Shown one piece after another: positions 59,401-64,000 of a stretch of 64,000 bases of DNA; the stretch's first letter is position 1; each line of letters starts with the position of its first letter. The translations under genes and the position numbers were made by a program. A model generated the notes under the pieces. That model searched no databases, was not told the DNA's origin, and saw nothing but the letters and a program-made list of their open reading frames with translations. Origin of the DNA: the human T2T-CHM13v2.0 reference genome, Homo sapiens; NCBI RefSeq assembly GCF_009914755.1, contig NC_060928.1. The stretch is one strand, 5' to 3'.

Positions 59401-59419
59401 GAAACTGGGAGAATTCTTT

Positions 59420-60870
59420 ATCCATATGAAGGAAAATAATATTGAATTCCTACTTATATTAATCTCAAAAGTTAGTTTCAGAGGAATTAAAGACACGTGA
59501 AAGGCAAAATTTTAGATGTTTTATTACCTCAGACTGAGAAAACATTTCTTATACAAAGAAATATTAAAGATAACACTGATGATGTAACTATATGAAAATA
59601 TCTGAAAAGCTGTTTATTAAAGACATCATTAGGAAAGTGAAAAGACAAGTAGTTATGGTAGAAAATTACTTTTGCACAAATTGTTAGAAAATATTCCCTA
59701 TATATATAAAAAATGAGCTAGAATAGACTTTTCTTAAAGAAAGACTAAAAATGAAAGAATAAACATTGATCAGTAAAATGAGCAAGAAACAATTAACATA
59801 CATTTAGAGAAGAGGAAAAGCAACTGGTCAAGCTTTTGGAAGCACATGGAAATATATTCAAACTCAAATGATCTTATTTTGAATTTTCCTTTTCATAAGT
59901 TTCCAAAGATATGAAGTATGATATTACCAAGTGTTAATTAAAATATGAAGCTACAAGAATGTTTACAAATCACTAGTGGGTATGTAACCCTCTGAAAATT
60001 AATTTGACATTATAAGTTACATTTTAATGTAATGCCTGCTTTATTACCCAGAAGCCATCTTGAAATCTTCAAAAAAATCAGCAAAAATGAAGTTAATTAT
60101 TAAGAATCTGACTCAGAAGACTTATAACGTAAGTGTCTTTAATGGGGAATTCTATTACTTGTGTCTAATGTCATCCTAATAGGTATAGTGTGTCATTTAA
60201 ATACAAAAGAAAAGGTGGGAGTTTTCACCATTGTGGCTACTATTTTATTAAATAGTTTTTCAAAGCCATATTTGGCTTTGAAAATTTTGTCAAAATAAGA
60301 TTCTAAATGACATGTTATAAACACTGGAAGGGGAAAGAATGTTATTATTTTCAGGAATGATCATCTACAGAGAAAGTTTTTAAAAATAAAATCAGTACGT
60401 GACAGTTTTCTAAACAAACATAGAAAAAGAGATAGCTTTTCTATAGATCTTTAATAACTAGCAAGACAATCCAGTGAAATTTAGGAGTAAATGGAAGAAT
60501 AAAAATTCCTCGAAAATGTGTAAACTATAGGAATGTAAAACAAGAACTGGATAGATGCACATGCCACGTTTTTGAGTGGAAAGAAGTTGTACTGCAGAGA
60601 TGCCATCTTTTCCCAAACGCAAGGCAATTCAAATCAGAATCTCAGTATCTTAACCCAGTAAGCTTACTTTAAATTTCTTCTGGAAATTTAAAACAATGAA
60701 TGATAATCACCAATAATTTTTTGAAAAATATAGTTACATTATATACAATAAGGGAAAAGCATGCCCTTTCATACTATGAAATATATGGTAAATCCACTGA
60801 ATAATAACTATCTGGAATTGGCACAGTAATCCATCAACAGAACAGAAATAAAAGATCCAGAAACAAAACT
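59420..60870 (+). mobile_element. Old L1ME-type fragments
   Basis: Degenerate A-rich ORF2-like sequence. Confidence 0.55.
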
Positions 60871-61239
60871 TGTTTTCAATGGGAGCCATTTTCCCTGAGT
60901 CCTTAGATTTTCTAGACTGTAAGTGCGGGAATTGAGATTTAAACTAAGGTCATCAGAATCTATTGCTTAGCCTGAGTAATCAACTACCACACAACACAGG
61001 CCCCCATCTTAAAAAGTATGAGACTAGCTAGACATATTTTAGAAAAGAATATTGGTCTATCAGATATTAAAATACACTACATAGCTACAGTAAGTAAAAT
61101 AATGTGATTCATGTGTCAGAACACTTGGAATAGAACCTGACACATTTTAAGAACTTAATAAATATTTGTTCAATGAACAAATCTACCAGACTCCCCATGC
61201 AGAATCCATTTCACCCCAAGGGACTACATAGTTTTTGTT

Positions 61240-61390
61240 AAACATTTTAGTGTGATCAGAATTCCACTGGGGTGCCTGTTAAAAATTCAGATCTCTTCCC
61301 CTCCCCATTGGGTCCCTAGAATACCCATTCTGATCCACTAAGAAATTTTAATTTTCAACAAGCCCCAGGTAATTTTTAATACAGGTATCA
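61240..61390. mobile_element. MER5-type hAT element
   Basis: GATTCCACTGGGGTGCCTGTTAAAAATTCAGAT...TTTTCAACAAGCCCCAGGTAATT. Confidence 0.65.
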
Positions 61391-62956
61391 GAAGAAAGAC
61401 TCCTAAAAAACATCACTCTAAAGGAAGAGAATGGTCTATCTAGAGAATGCAAATATCTGGCTGGCTGAGGAATTTCATTTCCTATTGTAAATACATATGT
61501 CGGCATTCTGGTTACAGAACAATCTTTTATGTGTTTGGTTAGTGTCAGTATCCTCAAGCAATGGATCAACTTTGGGAGTTCAACAAAATCAAATTTGCAG
61601 ATCTAGAGCTAGATCTTGAGACTCTTTTGTGAGTAGCCAGCTTGACTTATTCAGATGACATCCTACCTTACTACATATGTTTCCAATCTTCAGTAGCAAG
61701 AAGGTGCTCTGTCAGGATTAGCTTCCTTTCCCCTTTTCACTTACAGGCTTAGTAACAAAATTCATTAAGCATGTTCTTCCATTGTCTAATTGGTTTAAAT
61801 TTAATGTTATATTTATTCCTCTACCAGCAGCTTCTTTTCATCTGTAAATATCTAGTTTCAGAGAAACCAATAAACCATCTTTTTTCTACACTCTTTACTC
61901 TTTGAACTTTCCTCTTCTAGATTAAAAATGGTAAAGGTTGAGAAATGACTACATCATTCTTCTAACTGATTTACTTGCCAAAGATCCATGACTCTCACCC
62001 TGCAGGAAAAATAAAATAAAATTTAAAAACAAACAAAAAAACCCACCATGGTTATCTGAAAAACCTGATGTAACTCTTATTCAATATCATTTATGCTAAC
62101 TAATTCTTCTCATCTTCCTTCTTCTCAAATGAAAAATTTACTTCACTGTATTCACAACTCTGGATTTTGGCCATCAAGGATTATGAAACTAACTTAGTAA
62201 ATCTCAACCAACACTTTTTTTTTTCAAATGAAAGAACTAGATTAGGATAAAAATATATTGCATTACAAATAGATGGGGTAAATTTTTGTTTCAATTATAT
62301 ATGTGTAAAGGCATACTATGATAGGATAGGAAATGTATTTCTTATCGTGAGTTTCTGTTAGAAAATGTATGGAAATTTCTGATTTGGTAAAGTGAGATGA
62401 ATTTTATTTCCCTTTAACTGAATTCCTATTACATTACAAGGCTTATCTCTACAGGTGGCTGACAACTTTATCTTAATGGTAACCTGATCATCTCTGTTTA
62501 AAATTCATGTCTCCTTTAAGTAGCACCCCAGTCAAATTCTAGGACCTCTTATTTCCCTGTAAGTTTCCCTTCCTTTCTCTTTTCTGAGGTGAGCTAATCT
62601 TAGGGGGCCTTGCATATGGTCCTGGCATTCTGAGAAGAATGCCTGTTAGGCCTGATTTTCTCTATCCTTTTTGGCAACTTCTGAGGGTTCATTCATCTTG
62701 ACTAGTCCCTGTCTTGGTGGTCTGACACCTTCTCCTGAAATTTCTGACACCATCATGACCCATTTTCATTGTCTATATACTCTCCTACCCAGGATGATGG
62801 TAAACACACTGCTCACGCTTAAATACTTTAATACCCTCTTTCGAGGCATGGGGGAATACTCTTTCTCATCTAACGAAGTGCAACTTTTGCAGATCAAAGG
62901 CATTCAGACTCTGTTTGTGCTACGTGCTTATAAAATTTATTTAGAAATGTATTCTA

Positions 62957-63737
<781 letters not shown>

Positions 63738-63884
63738 CTGAGTTGCATCTGTGTCCTCCCTCTTGGCAGTGTATAAAAAAGCAAATGCTGCACCAAAATC
63801 ATGGTTAAGTGCAATAGCACAAGAAAAGGCAAAGAGAAGCAACTTTAAAAACATCTCTTCATATAATCTTGCCACAGTAACATA

Positions 63885-64000
63885 GATTTTTTGAGGTACG
63901 ATTTACATATAATAAAAATATACCCATTTTAAGGGTACAGTACAATAAATTTTGACAAACGCATTCAGTCATATAACCACCACCACTATTAAGGCACAAA
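63885..64000 (-). mobile_element. L1MB/MC 3' end (runs off window)
   Basis: TTTTGAGGTACGATTTACATATAATAAAAATATACCCATTTTAAGGGTACAG. Confidence 0.75.

Overview
Human (or closely related primate) non-coding euchromatic DNA: AT-rich, CpG-poor and dominated by interspersed repeats (about 17 Alus or Alu fragments, L1s of many ages, L2, MIR, CR1, MaLR/ERV LTRs, Tigger and hAT DNA transposons). An AluYg6 copy points to human. I find no convincing protein-coding exon: the supplied ORFs are repeat-derived, low-complexity or short chance ORFs, and only the Tigger4 region retains recognisable (dead) transposase motifs. The best-supported curiosities are a 36-nt tailless U2 snRNA retrocopy with target-site duplication (TSD), a complete THE1C provirus, a near full-length Tigger4/Zombi, a 5'-inverted L1 inside a Tigger3, an AAGGG/G-rich expansion inside an Alu tail, and several local tandem duplications. 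More speculative are enhancer-like unique islands and candidate lncRNA exons. I cannot support a claim of a new biological system. Subfamily names come from my recollection of consensus sequences and need Dfam/RepeatMasker confirmation; boundaries of old repeats are approximate.
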